Below are positions 40,801 to 49,500 of a DNA stretch of 64,000 bases, in pieces (the first letter of the stretch is position 1; each line of letters begins with the position of its first letter). The DNA is taken from the NCBI GenBank assembly GCA_050173015.1, contig JBFXLE010000001.1, positions 64,001-128,000 on the forward strand. Reading direction: 5' to 3'. The notes under the pieces were generated by a model that had not been told where the DNA came from, ran no database searches, and saw nothing but the letters and a program-made list of their open reading frames with translations. Source of the DNA: Calditrichaceae bacterium (lineage in GTDB: Bacteria > Calditrichota > Calditrichia > Calditrichales > JBFXGD01). A program made the position numbers and the translations under genes.

Positions 40801-40837
40801 CAGACAAATACTGTTCGGAGTCAGACTGGTCTATTAA
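37820..40837 (+). CDS. TonB-dependent receptor with N-terminal carboxypeptidase-regulatory-like domain
   Basis: GKIAGVVVD...LPGVNV; plug YIRGGR...YYLDG...AEFG; QDKIE, SPRLG; ends PRQILFGVRLVY; RBS GGAGG. Confidence 0.93.
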   Translation: MHIYTRLMMPQSVWQSGKLLLILLLLFGMNTFVSGQSNGKIAGVVVDKASGEPLPGVNVTLENTLLGSTTDLDGYYVILNVPVSTFDIRASYVGYRDMVFENIRVSANITTDINFELDQTTLELGEAVVVIGQRPLVEKNVTQSYSLVTSDAIEAMPVRGVQNIINLQASVVVQDGNVYIRGGRSNETGYYLDGASITNPLNNASAVNIIHDAVEEIQVLVGGYTAEFGGANSGIVRSELKTGSSEYHFSLDMQTDKFVKSGEQFLSTNSFQDHILTGTFSGPLWSNKIRFYSALENTYEGDWVKRFSEGFRFDESNLENPLVDGNRRNANVIAGHPDTVKVLEYIDGFTPKNKRNRWTTNNTLLFDLKPLQFRLSGVYTWQELSNNPTPILDMLNFRERPNITNNVLLSGKITHVLNPTTFYDLNVSYFYNNNETEDDYFGTDWRSWSDSAKVANHTNGRVTYRDQFRQQYDYELNGFPLSRDGSLVGNYITSEQTYIGGVANIVSQVTRYHEAKAGVDVRYYTLRRFSINPQVISLTNQYGTEEAVPEAAWKEFTSNIYGYDRFGKKIDGGFDGPKHPLFLAFYLQDKIEFKDLIINAGLRFDYFDTDDRELKDPANPEIIEAEGTIAESAWKDLDPFQQISPRLGLSFPISDNTVFYTQYGKFIQMPELDNIYFNSRDFGTQIVSGGNYYIQPIGFGIGPMRTTSYEIGFRQSLSSVAAIDVTGFYKNTKGQITVERQAGAPGALITTYDYLTNGDFATTKGVEIRLNLRRSKRLQAQMNYTYTSAEGTGSGETSYHGAVYRNTVKPTITSPLDFNQTHRGSINLDYRFGPGDGGKILENFGANVLFTFNSGHPYTKVTWPSGGQVNAYEAGVDYMLDTRDREAIEAINSSTTPWNFNVDLRLDKSVKVWEKLNSTFYVRINNLFNIQNVINVYEGTGSAEDDGFISNPARSSAFVNTYGGQDYINMYRAINLDNGQAYWDNIGRQLYANPRQILFGVRLVY

Positions 40838-40887
40838 TATAGGATTATTGGTGTGAATATGATAACCAAATGGTGAAGGAGATCATT

Positions 40888-43800
40888 ATGTTTAAAATAA
40901 ATATTTCTCTCGCAATCGGTTTGATTGCGGGAGTATTTATTCTGATGTCTGCACCGGTTTCAAATGCCGCGGAAAGCAGTAAAGATAAGCATAAAATTGT
41001 TAATATATACAAACCCGGGGCGGATAAATCAACGCGGACACTCTCAAATATATCAAATTGGTCATATTGGATATATCATACAGGAAAATCGGCTCTCGAT
41101 CCCAACGGTAATTCCGGGGGAATATATCCGCGTGGAACGGCGGGCGTGATATTCCAGGATGGTATTGTTTGGGGAGGATATGTCAGGGATCCCGGCACCA
41201 TGATTCCGTTGCGTGTCGGCGGGCAGACATATAATATTGGAACCACACCGGGGTGGATAAAAGAGGATGGGACCGCCGTATCTGCCGATGATCCCAGAGC
41301 AAGGATTTACAGGATACGATCCGACTGGGAAACTCTTACCGTTGAGCAGGTAAGGCAGGATGCAGGCGAACTCAATCAGAAACGCGCGGAGGACGTCACT
41401 GAGACAGAAGCGCAGGCGGTTATTGATCAATATGCCCTTGACTGGAATGAATGGCCGGTCGATTTAGGCGCTCCGGTTGATGAGAACGGAAATCCGGGTA
41501 TCGCGGATGCTGATCAGGTCATCTGGTTTGTTGTAAATGATTTAACGGAAGCGAATACTCTTAATTTGTATGGCTCGCCCCCTATCGGTATCGAACTTCA
41601 GATCACGATGTGGGCTTACAATCAGCCGACTTCTACGCTGGGTCAGTTGCTGTTTAAAAAATTCAAATTTATCAATAGGTCAGGCTTTTTTATCGATTCA
41701 ATGTTTGTCTGCCAGTGGTCAGATCCTGATCTTGGAAGCGCCGCTGATGATCTTGCCGGATGCGATATAGAACGCAGTCTTGGTTATGCTTATAACGGCT
41801 TCAGAACAGATGGGGATTTTACGGCTTTTGGTTTGGCGCCGGCCGCGGTCGGTTATGATTTTTTTCAAGGGCCGATTGTCCAGGGTGTAGCGGGTGAAGA
41901 TAAGAATATGAACGGTATCGATGATGCTGAAGATTCAGCGGTATTTGATCTAAAGCGGAAAGAAGGATTTATTAATTTGCCTATGACGTCCTTCTTTTTC
42001 TTTGCTGCCGGAAGTCCCATTAGTGATCCGGATCTTGGAGACTATGAATCCACAAAAGAGTTCTACAATATGCTGAACGGATTTACACCTACCAATGATT
42101 TGAATAATCCCACACCTTACATAGTGGGGTCCGGAATCTCTAAGGGTGAAGCGACAAAATTTCCTTTGAGCGGCGATCCCTTTTTGGGGACCGGTGATCT
42201 GGACGCGACCGGTGGTAATTTGCCTGCGGGTGACCGGAGACTTGGCCTTGTTTCCGGGCCGTTTACAATGGCGCCCGGTGATACCCAGGAGGTCGTTGTG
42301 GCTGTGGTCGGCGGAATTATATTGCAATCCGGCGGTGATAACCGGAACGCGGTTGCCCAGTTAAAGCTGAATGATGATTTTGCCCAGTTTATATATAATA
42401 ATCTGTTCCAGGGCATTCCAAAGCCACCATCAAATCCTATTGTAAAAACAACACCGCTGGAAAGTAAAATTGTTTTAAACTGGGGGTTTGACACGGCGAG
42501 GGTTCAGGATACAGAACAAGATGATCCCATATTGGGGTTCGACTTCGAAGGGTATAATGTTTATCAATTACCCGGGCCTTCTTCAAGCAAAGACCAGGCT
42601 ACACTGATAGCTACTTTTGATAAAGTGAACGGAATACAGATTATCCGCGCCAAACAGTTTCTGGCATCCTTTGGCGATGTGGTGGAAATTCCGGTACAAA
42701 AGGGCACAGACTCAGGGCTCCAGAGATATTTTGTACTTGAAAAGGACTATATTAACGACGAGCCGTTATATGCCGGAAACACATACTATTTCGCTGTCAC
42801 CGCATATAATTACAACGACGATCCTACGGTTCCCGAACCAACACTGGAATCTCCGCTAAGCGGAATAGCTGTTATCCCGCAACCCACCTTACCCGGCGTT
42901 CGATATGAAGGTTCTCCGGGCGGTGATGTTACGGTAGATCATCCATCGGGTGCAAGTGACGGGATTGTCCATGTATCAGTGATCGATCCGGCTGCCGTGA
43001 ACGGGCATCAGTATAAGGTGTTTTTTACCGAGGACACAGATACCAATTCAGCTACCTTTGGTGAATTGTTCTGGAACGTAATGGATATGACAGATAATAA
43101 GATGGTCGTTGAAAATCAAATTCAGGTAGCGAGTCTGGAAGAAACCCAAACTCAGCCAATATTTGACGGAATCCAGGTCAAGGTTACCGGTCCTGCTCTG
43201 AATTTTAAGAACTTTGAAACGGTGGCAAACGCAAATGGGGTGTTAGATCCTCCGGATGGCGCGGCGGCAGATTTTCAGGATTTTCCATCCTTAAGGCCTT
43301 CTGACGCTCAGCAGGTCGGTGACGGGCATTGGATGATTCATACCGGTGAAGCTCCGGATGGTTCAAGAGGATCGTATAGCGCCTTCATAAGCAGAGTAAC
43401 TCAGAGTGGCGCGCGTTGGCCTCTGATTATTCCGAATGACTTTGAAATACGGTTCAAACCGGGTGGAAAAGGTCTGATTCCGGCAGCGTTTGGTACAGGC
43501 CCTCAGGCGCTTATCGATATGCCGTTCGAATTGTGGAATATCGGTTCGGGTACTCCGGATGATCCCAGTGACGATTACAGACTCTTTCCCTACGTTCTTG
43601 ATGTAGATGAGAACGGCGCGTACAATTTACTGGATCAACCCACACTTGACGGGTTGGGCTTTGGCGACAGAGCGGATCATTCCGCGTCCGGCGCCAATAA
43701 TGATCCATACACCGATTGGTTTTATTGGGTTATCCCGGAAGATGAGAGCCCAGGGGAATCCGGATATAACACGCTTCTATCACAGATTGAAGCGGATGTA

Positions 43801-44340
43801 ACGGGTTATTCCTATTTAGATGGAACCAATGGGGATGTTATCCGGCGGATGGTATTATTGAATTGGAATGGCGGAGACGTGGAAGCCGGTGTTTATAACC
43901 AAAATATGCCTGAGGAAGGAACGGTTTTCAGAATTTCTTCTACAAAGCCAAATACTCTTATAGATGAGTTCGCGTTTACCGCGCCGACGACAACCTTTAG
44001 TTCCGCCATCGCGAAATCAGATGTGGACAAGGTCAATGTATTCCCGAATCCTTATTACGCGTTTAATCCATCAGAGCCTAATCGCTTTGAACGCTTTGTA
44101 ACGATTAACCATCTTCCACAGTCGGCAACGGTACGCATATTTACCTTAACCGGAATACAGGTAAGAAAGCTGGTAAAAAATGATAACACACAATTCCTTC
44201 GCTGGAATTTAACTAATGAATCTGATATACCGGTTGCCAGCGGAATATATATCGCGCATGTGGATATGCCGGCACTTGGTAAGACCAAAGTGCTCAAAAT
44301 ATTTATTATCATGAGTCAGGAAATGTTGAAATTTTATTAG
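40888..44340 (+). CDS. Large secreted protein with T9SS type A-like C-terminal sorting domain
   Basis: Signal peptide; FN3-like region (YYFAVTAY); CTD VNVFPNPY...IFTLTG...VASGIY; ATG 40888 follows AAGGAG (alternative start 40870). Confidence 0.85.
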   Translation: MFKINISLAIGLIAGVFILMSAPVSNAAESSKDKHKIVNIYKPGADKSTRTLSNISNWSYWIYHTGKSALDPNGNSGGIYPRGTAGVIFQDGIVWGGYVRDPGTMIPLRVGGQTYNIGTTPGWIKEDGTAVSADDPRARIYRIRSDWETLTVEQVRQDAGELNQKRAEDVTETEAQAVIDQYALDWNEWPVDLGAPVDENGNPGIADADQVIWFVVNDLTEANTLNLYGSPPIGIELQITMWAYNQPTSTLGQLLFKKFKFINRSGFFIDSMFVCQWSDPDLGSAADDLAGCDIERSLGYAYNGFRTDGDFTAFGLAPAAVGYDFFQGPIVQGVAGEDKNMNGIDDAEDSAVFDLKRKEGFINLPMTSFFFFAAGSPISDPDLGDYESTKEFYNMLNGFTPTNDLNNPTPYIVGSGISKGEATKFPLSGDPFLGTGDLDATGGNLPAGDRRLGLVSGPFTMAPGDTQEVVVAVVGGIILQSGGDNRNAVAQLKLNDDFAQFIYNNLFQGIPKPPSNPIVKTTPLESKIVLNWGFDTARVQDTEQDDPILGFDFEGYNVYQLPGPSSSKDQATLIATFDKVNGIQIIRAKQFLASFGDVVEIPVQKGTDSGLQRYFVLEKDYINDEPLYAGNTYYFAVTAYNYNDDPTVPEPTLESPLSGIAVIPQPTLPGVRYEGSPGGDVTVDHPSGASDGIVHVSVIDPAAVNGHQYKVFFTEDTDTNSATFGELFWNVMDMTDNKMVVENQIQVASLEETQTQPIFDGIQVKVTGPALNFKNFETVANANGVLDPPDGAAADFQDFPSLRPSDAQQVGDGHWMIHTGEAPDGSRGSYSAFISRVTQSGARWPLIIPNDFEIRFKPGGKGLIPAAFGTGPQALIDMPFELWNIGSGTPDDPSDDYRLFPYVLDVDENGAYNLLDQPTLDGLGFGDRADHSASGANNDPYTDWFYWVIPEDESPGESGYNTLLSQIEADVTGYSYLDGTNGDVIRRMVLLNWNGGDVEAGVYNQNMPEEGTVFRISSTKPNTLIDEFAFTAPTTTFSSAIAKSDVDKVNVFPNPYYAFNPSEPNRFERFVTINHLPQSATVRIFTLTGIQVRKLVKNDNTQFLRWNLTNESDIPVASGIYIAHVDMPALGKTKVLKIFIIMSQEMLKFY

Positions 44341-44384
44341 GATCACCTGATTTGTGAAAAATAATTACCAAAGCGAGGGAGACA

Positions 44385-45428
44385 ATGATGAACTATAGAT
44401 ATTTTACGAAATGGTTGATTGTTCCGGTCGTCCTGATAGGATTTCTGGTAACACCCGGAATTTCCGGAGATGATGCAAGGATAGGGACTGCAAGCGGTCT
44501 TCAGCTTCAGCTTCCCGTTGGGGCGAGAGACATAGCAATGGGGGGAGCAAATCTGGCGCTTACTTCCGGTGTGGATGCTATCTATTGGAATCCGGCCGGC
44601 TTGCCCAGAATGGAAAGCAGGGTGGGGGCGCAATTCTCAACCATGAGCATTTTTAATGATATAAAAGTGCATTATCTTGGGATCGGGGCAAAGATGGGGA
44701 ACTTCGGAACTGTTGCCTTCAGTATCAAGGCGCTAGATTTTGGTGACATTCCTCTTACGACAAATCAGGATATGGACGGTGCTTCGGGACAGACATTCTC
44801 ACCGACGTTTGTTACAACGGGAGTGACTTATGCCAAAGAGCTTACTTCTGCAGTGAATGTTGGGATTACCGCAAAGGTTATTCTGGAAAGTATTCCAAGC
44901 GCGGATGCCAGCGCTTTTGCGTTCGATATTGGCTTACAGTATGACGATCTGGGAGGCCTGGAAGGGGTTTCATTTGGTGTGGCTATCAAAAATATCGGAA
45001 CCAACATGAGATATGGCGGATCAGGCTTATTAGAGGAAGTACAGGATCCGGCCTCGGGAAGACAGGATTTTCTAAAACGTGAAGCGTCATCGAATCAGCT
45101 TCCCGCTTCTTTTGAAATCGGCGCGGCTTACAAACGGAGTGTAGCGGAAAACAGTAACATTTTACTCAGTTCTTTATTCCAAAACAATAATTTTGGAAAT
45201 GATGAATTCAAAATAGGAGCTGAGTACAACTACTCGAAGTTCGTTTTTCTCAGGGGCGGCTATAATTTTGTCAGTAAAACCGATTCCGATGATCAACTAT
45301 ACACATTTACTCTTGGCGCGGGCCTGAGTTATAAACTAGGTACAACAAATCTGGGTATCGATTACGCGTATCGTGATTCTCAATATTTTGACGCGAATAA
45401 CATTTTTAGTCTGACTGTAGGATTTTAA
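44385..45428 (+). CDS. PorV/PorQ family outer-membrane beta-barrel
   Basis: LPVGARDIAMGGA, AIYWNPAGL, DIG, KNIG, GAEY, LRGGY, IDYAY; terminal F. Confidence 0.9.
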   Translation: MMNYRYFTKWLIVPVVLIGFLVTPGISGDDARIGTASGLQLQLPVGARDIAMGGANLALTSGVDAIYWNPAGLPRMESRVGAQFSTMSIFNDIKVHYLGIGAKMGNFGTVAFSIKALDFGDIPLTTNQDMDGASGQTFSPTFVTTGVTYAKELTSAVNVGITAKVILESIPSADASAFAFDIGLQYDDLGGLEGVSFGVAIKNIGTNMRYGGSGLLEEVQDPASGRQDFLKREASSNQLPASFEIGAAYKRSVAENSNILLSSLFQNNNFGNDEFKIGAEYNYSKFVFLRGGYNFVSKTDSDDQLYTFTLGAGLSYKLGTTNLGIDYAYRDSQYFDANNIFSLTVGF

Positions 45429-45435
45429 CTAAAGC

Positions 45436-45470
45436 AAAAGGTCAGCAGATTTTCTGCTGACCTTTTTGTT
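45436..45470 (+). terminator. Intrinsic terminator (possibly bidirectional)
   Basis: AAAAGGTCAGCAGA / TCTGCTGACCTTTT. Confidence 0.85.
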
Positions 45471-45506
45471 GTTTATCCTCACCGGACCATTAAATGGATC
45501 TCTTAC

Positions 45507-46295
45507 ATGATCAGAACAATCATCGTCGATGATGAGGAAAAGAGCCGCAAAATATTGACCGGTATGCTAAAAAAGAATTGCCCGCAGGTCGAAGTTGCAG
45601 CGGGCGCGGATTCAGTGGCAGCCGCTAAGGTTTTAATCAATAAATATAATCCTGATCTGATATTTTTAGATATTATAATGCCTGTTTCAGATGGATTCAC
45701 CCTTCTGGAAGACCTTGGTGACCGAAACCCTGAAATAATATTTATCACTTCCTATCATCAATATGCAATAAAAGCAATAAGGTTCAGCGCTCTGGATTAT
45801 CTTCTCAAGCCCATACATAAAGAAGAGCTGCAAATCGCGGTGAATAAGGTTGAAAAACGCATAAAAGAGCGGGACGCCAGGAAATTGCTTAATGAACGTA
45901 TAACCGTCTTTCTGGAGAATAATTCGGTTGTCGGAATGAATAAAAAAATCGGGTTAGCCACGCAAAGCGGCATATTTTTCGTGAAAATAGGTGATATTGT
46001 CTTATGCAAGGCGGAGGGTAACTATTCAGTTATATTTTTAGCTACCGGGAGAAAAGAAGAAATTGTGGCGCGCACACTCAGGGATTTTGAAGATCTTCTA
46101 TCCGACTATAATTTCTTTAGAATACACCGTTCGTACTTAATAAATTTGCTTCAAATTGTAAAATACAACCGTACCGATTTGTCATCGGCACATCATAGCG
46201 ACGGAGGAAGTGTATTATTGAGCAACAACATGATCCTTCCGGTATCGCGGGACAAACGAAAGCAGCTTCTTGAGAGAATCGCAAAACCGTTTTAG
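45507..46295 (+). CDS. LytTR family response regulator (paralog of 36380)
   Basis: IVDDE, FLDIIMP, DYLLKP, FFRIHRSYLINL; shares the KPF C-terminus. Confidence 0.95.
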   Translation: MIRTIIVDDEEKSRKILTGMLKKNCPQVEVAAGADSVAAAKVLINKYNPDLIFLDIIMPVSDGFTLLEDLGDRNPEIIFITSYHQYAIKAIRFSALDYLLKPIHKEELQIAVNKVEKRIKERDARKLLNERITVFLENNSVVGMNKKIGLATQSGIFFVKIGDIVLCKAEGNYSVIFLATGRKEEIVARTLRDFEDLLSDYNFFRIHRSYLINLLQIVKYNRTDLSSAHHSDGGSVLLSNNMILPVSRDKRKQLLERIAKPF

Positions 46296-46502
46296 AAGAT
46301 CGGATGAAAAATGGAATACGATGTTTATCAAAGCGTATGGTCGCTGGTGAGATGGTTCCCAGCAGGTCATTTAAACAAATGGATAAAGTAACGATTTAAC
46401 AAATGAAATTTTACAATAGTGGAAAGAAATTTTGACTGGAGATGGGACATATCTGAAAATGGTGGAAAAGATTTTAAGACAATGTGCTGATTCATTACAT
46501 CA

Positions 46503-46548
46503 GAAAAAAATAAAGCCGGAAAAGAATTGCTTCAATCCCGGCCTTACT
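46503..46548 (-). terminator. Terminator-like hairpin, duplicated at ~51961-52005
   Basis: GCCGG...CCGGC stem with A-run on +; downstream of each large surface-protein gene. Confidence 0.45.
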
Positions 46549-46567
46549 TTCGGGGGCAAACGGGTTA

Positions 46568-49500
46568 CTATTTGATAAAAACCATTTTCTTTATATCACT
46601 AAATTTTTTCGATGTCCCCGGTGTATCCGCCTCGATTCGGTAAATATAGAGTCCGCTCGAAACCTTCACACCGGAGTTGTTTCTTCCGTCCCATAACAAC
46701 TTATATAATCCCGCCTTCTGTGTTCCGTTGACAAGCGTATAGACTTCCTGGCCGAGAACGTTGTATATTTTCAAAGTCACTTTCGAATCGGTAGCCAGCT
46801 GATATTTTATAGTCGTTGTCGGATTGAACGGATTTGGATAATTCTGGCCGAGCATAAATTGTGAGGGTATGGCTATTTCCTGGATAACCGGAGAGTGATA
46901 AGTAATTTGACCGGTTATGGAAACATCAGCCAGACGGTATGAATAGATGCCGCCGGCGGTTACCGATGTGTCGGCATATTCATAAGAATGAGCGACACTT
47001 GAATTACCCTGTCCGGGAATTTTTTCAATAAGACTGTATGAGTAATTTGTTTCATTCACATCAAGTTGACCGTCATTAATTTTTTCCAGTTCTTCAGTCA
47101 GAATAAGTTTCTTCTCGATCATCCAATACGCGTTTTCCAGCTCACTCTCCGTTTCCCACTGAAGAATGACGCGACCATCCTGAGCGCTTGCTTTAAAGGA
47201 AGTGAGGCTGACCGGAAGTGAGGTATCATTCGAATTTGCCACCGGTGTGTTCTCAACACTGGTGTACGCGCTGTAAATCAGGTTACTGGCGATGCTGGCA
47301 TTTTGAAGCCCGGCGGATTGATCGATCACGACGCTCACATTTGAACTGTTGCCGATGGTGACACTCGATGGCACGGTGATAATCAGTGTATCCGGATTGG
47401 TGGCGGTACCTGTTCTGAGTACAACGGCTTCCGCGGCGGTACTGTTGACGGTCACTTTTGAAGTGGCCGGGGTACCCTGTGTAAATGTCGCGTCATCCGG
47501 AAGCAACAGGCTGATGGTGCTGGTGCCCGAAACCAGGCGTCCGAGTGAACCGGTCTGGAAGTCATATTGATACCTGGCGATGGTGGATGGAATCGCCGGG
47601 GAAATAGTGACTGTTAAGTTGGATATGGTCGTTGTCGTGGCCAGCATGGTGTAGGCGGCTGATGTGCCATCCACCGGCTGAACGCTGGTGCGCGCCTTGA
47701 GCGTATAACTTCCAAAAATGGATGGATTCATAATGCCCGCGCCGGCAGCGAAGGCCACACTGACATAATTACTATTGGCAATCGCGTTTGGTACGGTGAT
47801 TGTCACGGTACGTGTGGATGAATTTGTTGTCACCGTTGACGCGGCCGTGTAATTGGTTGGATTGGCAGCCGCTCCGTTGGCAACAGTCACATTGGAGGCC
47901 GTGATGCTGGATGGCACCAAAGTGTTGAACGGAAATGTGATGGTGATCGTACCTGAACCGGCAGAAAGAGCGCCTGAAGCCCCGACCCGGAAATTAATCG
48001 TGTTCTGTGTGGTAGCGTTTACCACATAGGACGTCAGAGTAGCGGTAATCCCGGTGACAGGTCCGGTGCTTGAAATCGCGTAAGAGTTGGATGTGATGTT
48101 GGTTGGTTCAGCGGAAGTCTTTACTTGTAAAGTATAGGTTTCCTCAACCGGATTGGTAATCGGTTTTGTGGTTCCATCCAATACGATGGAGAGATTGGCG
48201 TTGTTGCCTATAGTTACACCGGAAGGAACGGTAATGATGACACTTTTTGAACTCACACTGATATTGGAGGCGATCGAAACAGGCGCGCCGGAATTCACAG
48301 AGATGGTGGAGTTATTGTAATTTGTCAGAGTCGTGCTTACTCCTGTGGCAGAACCGTATGTAATCGTGATGGTGCTTGTCCCGGCCAGCAGTCTCCCGTT
48401 TGTCCCGACTTTAAAATTAACCGTGTATGAGGTCGCGGCGGAAGGAACCGCCGAAGCCGGTGTCACATTCGCGGCGGTAACGGTGCTGGTCGTTTGTGTA
48501 ATGCTGTATGTGGGGGATGTGAATGGTCCCGCTTCAGCGGTGGTAATGACTTTGAGTGTGTAACTGCCGACAACTGTCGGATTTATAACACCCATGGCCT
48601 GATTAAGCAGAACCGTTGACGCAGTCAGATTATTGATAGAAACCGGTGTCTTAATGATCAGCGTATTGGTTGAAATTGTCGGATTAACGGTCGGATTGAC
48701 CCCGTTAACCGTTACATCCGTTTTGCTTACGGTCGCGGGAAGACCCGTGTTGGATGGGAATTCAATACGGATCTCATCACCGGCAATCAGGGCCCCGGTA
48801 GAACCGGTGGTAAATTTTACCGAGTATCCGGCGCTGGCGTTCTGAGTGGTCGGTGAAGGAGTGACCGAACTGACAAAAAGCGGCTGGGTCAATAAAATTG
48901 AATAGTTTCCCGACGCGCCGGTTGTATCGGCAAAAGCGTTATCCGATGATGTTTTGACATTGATGTTATATGTTCCCGCGGTACTTCCGTTGGTTAATCC
49001 CGAATTGGACAGAAACTTAACGGTCGCGGCGGTACTGTTTCCGATTGTCAATCCGTTTGGAACGGTTAACTGAACTGCGCCGCCGGCCCCGCTGCTGGTG
49101 ACTGATAAATTATCACAGGGCGTGGCGTTCACTTCAACGGTACTCGCTGTCATGGAAGCCGGTACAATGGTGCCGCTATCAAAATCGATAGTGATGGTGC
49201 TGGATCCCGCCGCGGTACCGCCGGCTAATTTACCGGTTGCTGATGTGGTAAATCCAATGGTGTAAACACTGTTTGACGCGTTGATGACCGCCGGGCTTGC
49301 CGACGCGGTCAGCCCGGTGACCTGACCTGTTCCGCTGCTGATGGTATAAGCGGATGAGGTAACCGGAATTTCATCGGTACTGGTGCTCATTGTAACTTTG
49401 TAAAAACTGGCGCTCGGAACAACCGGATTGACAATATTGGCTAACTCAGAAATGTAGATGTCAAATCCACCGCTCACTACTCTGGATCTTACAGCTGCGG

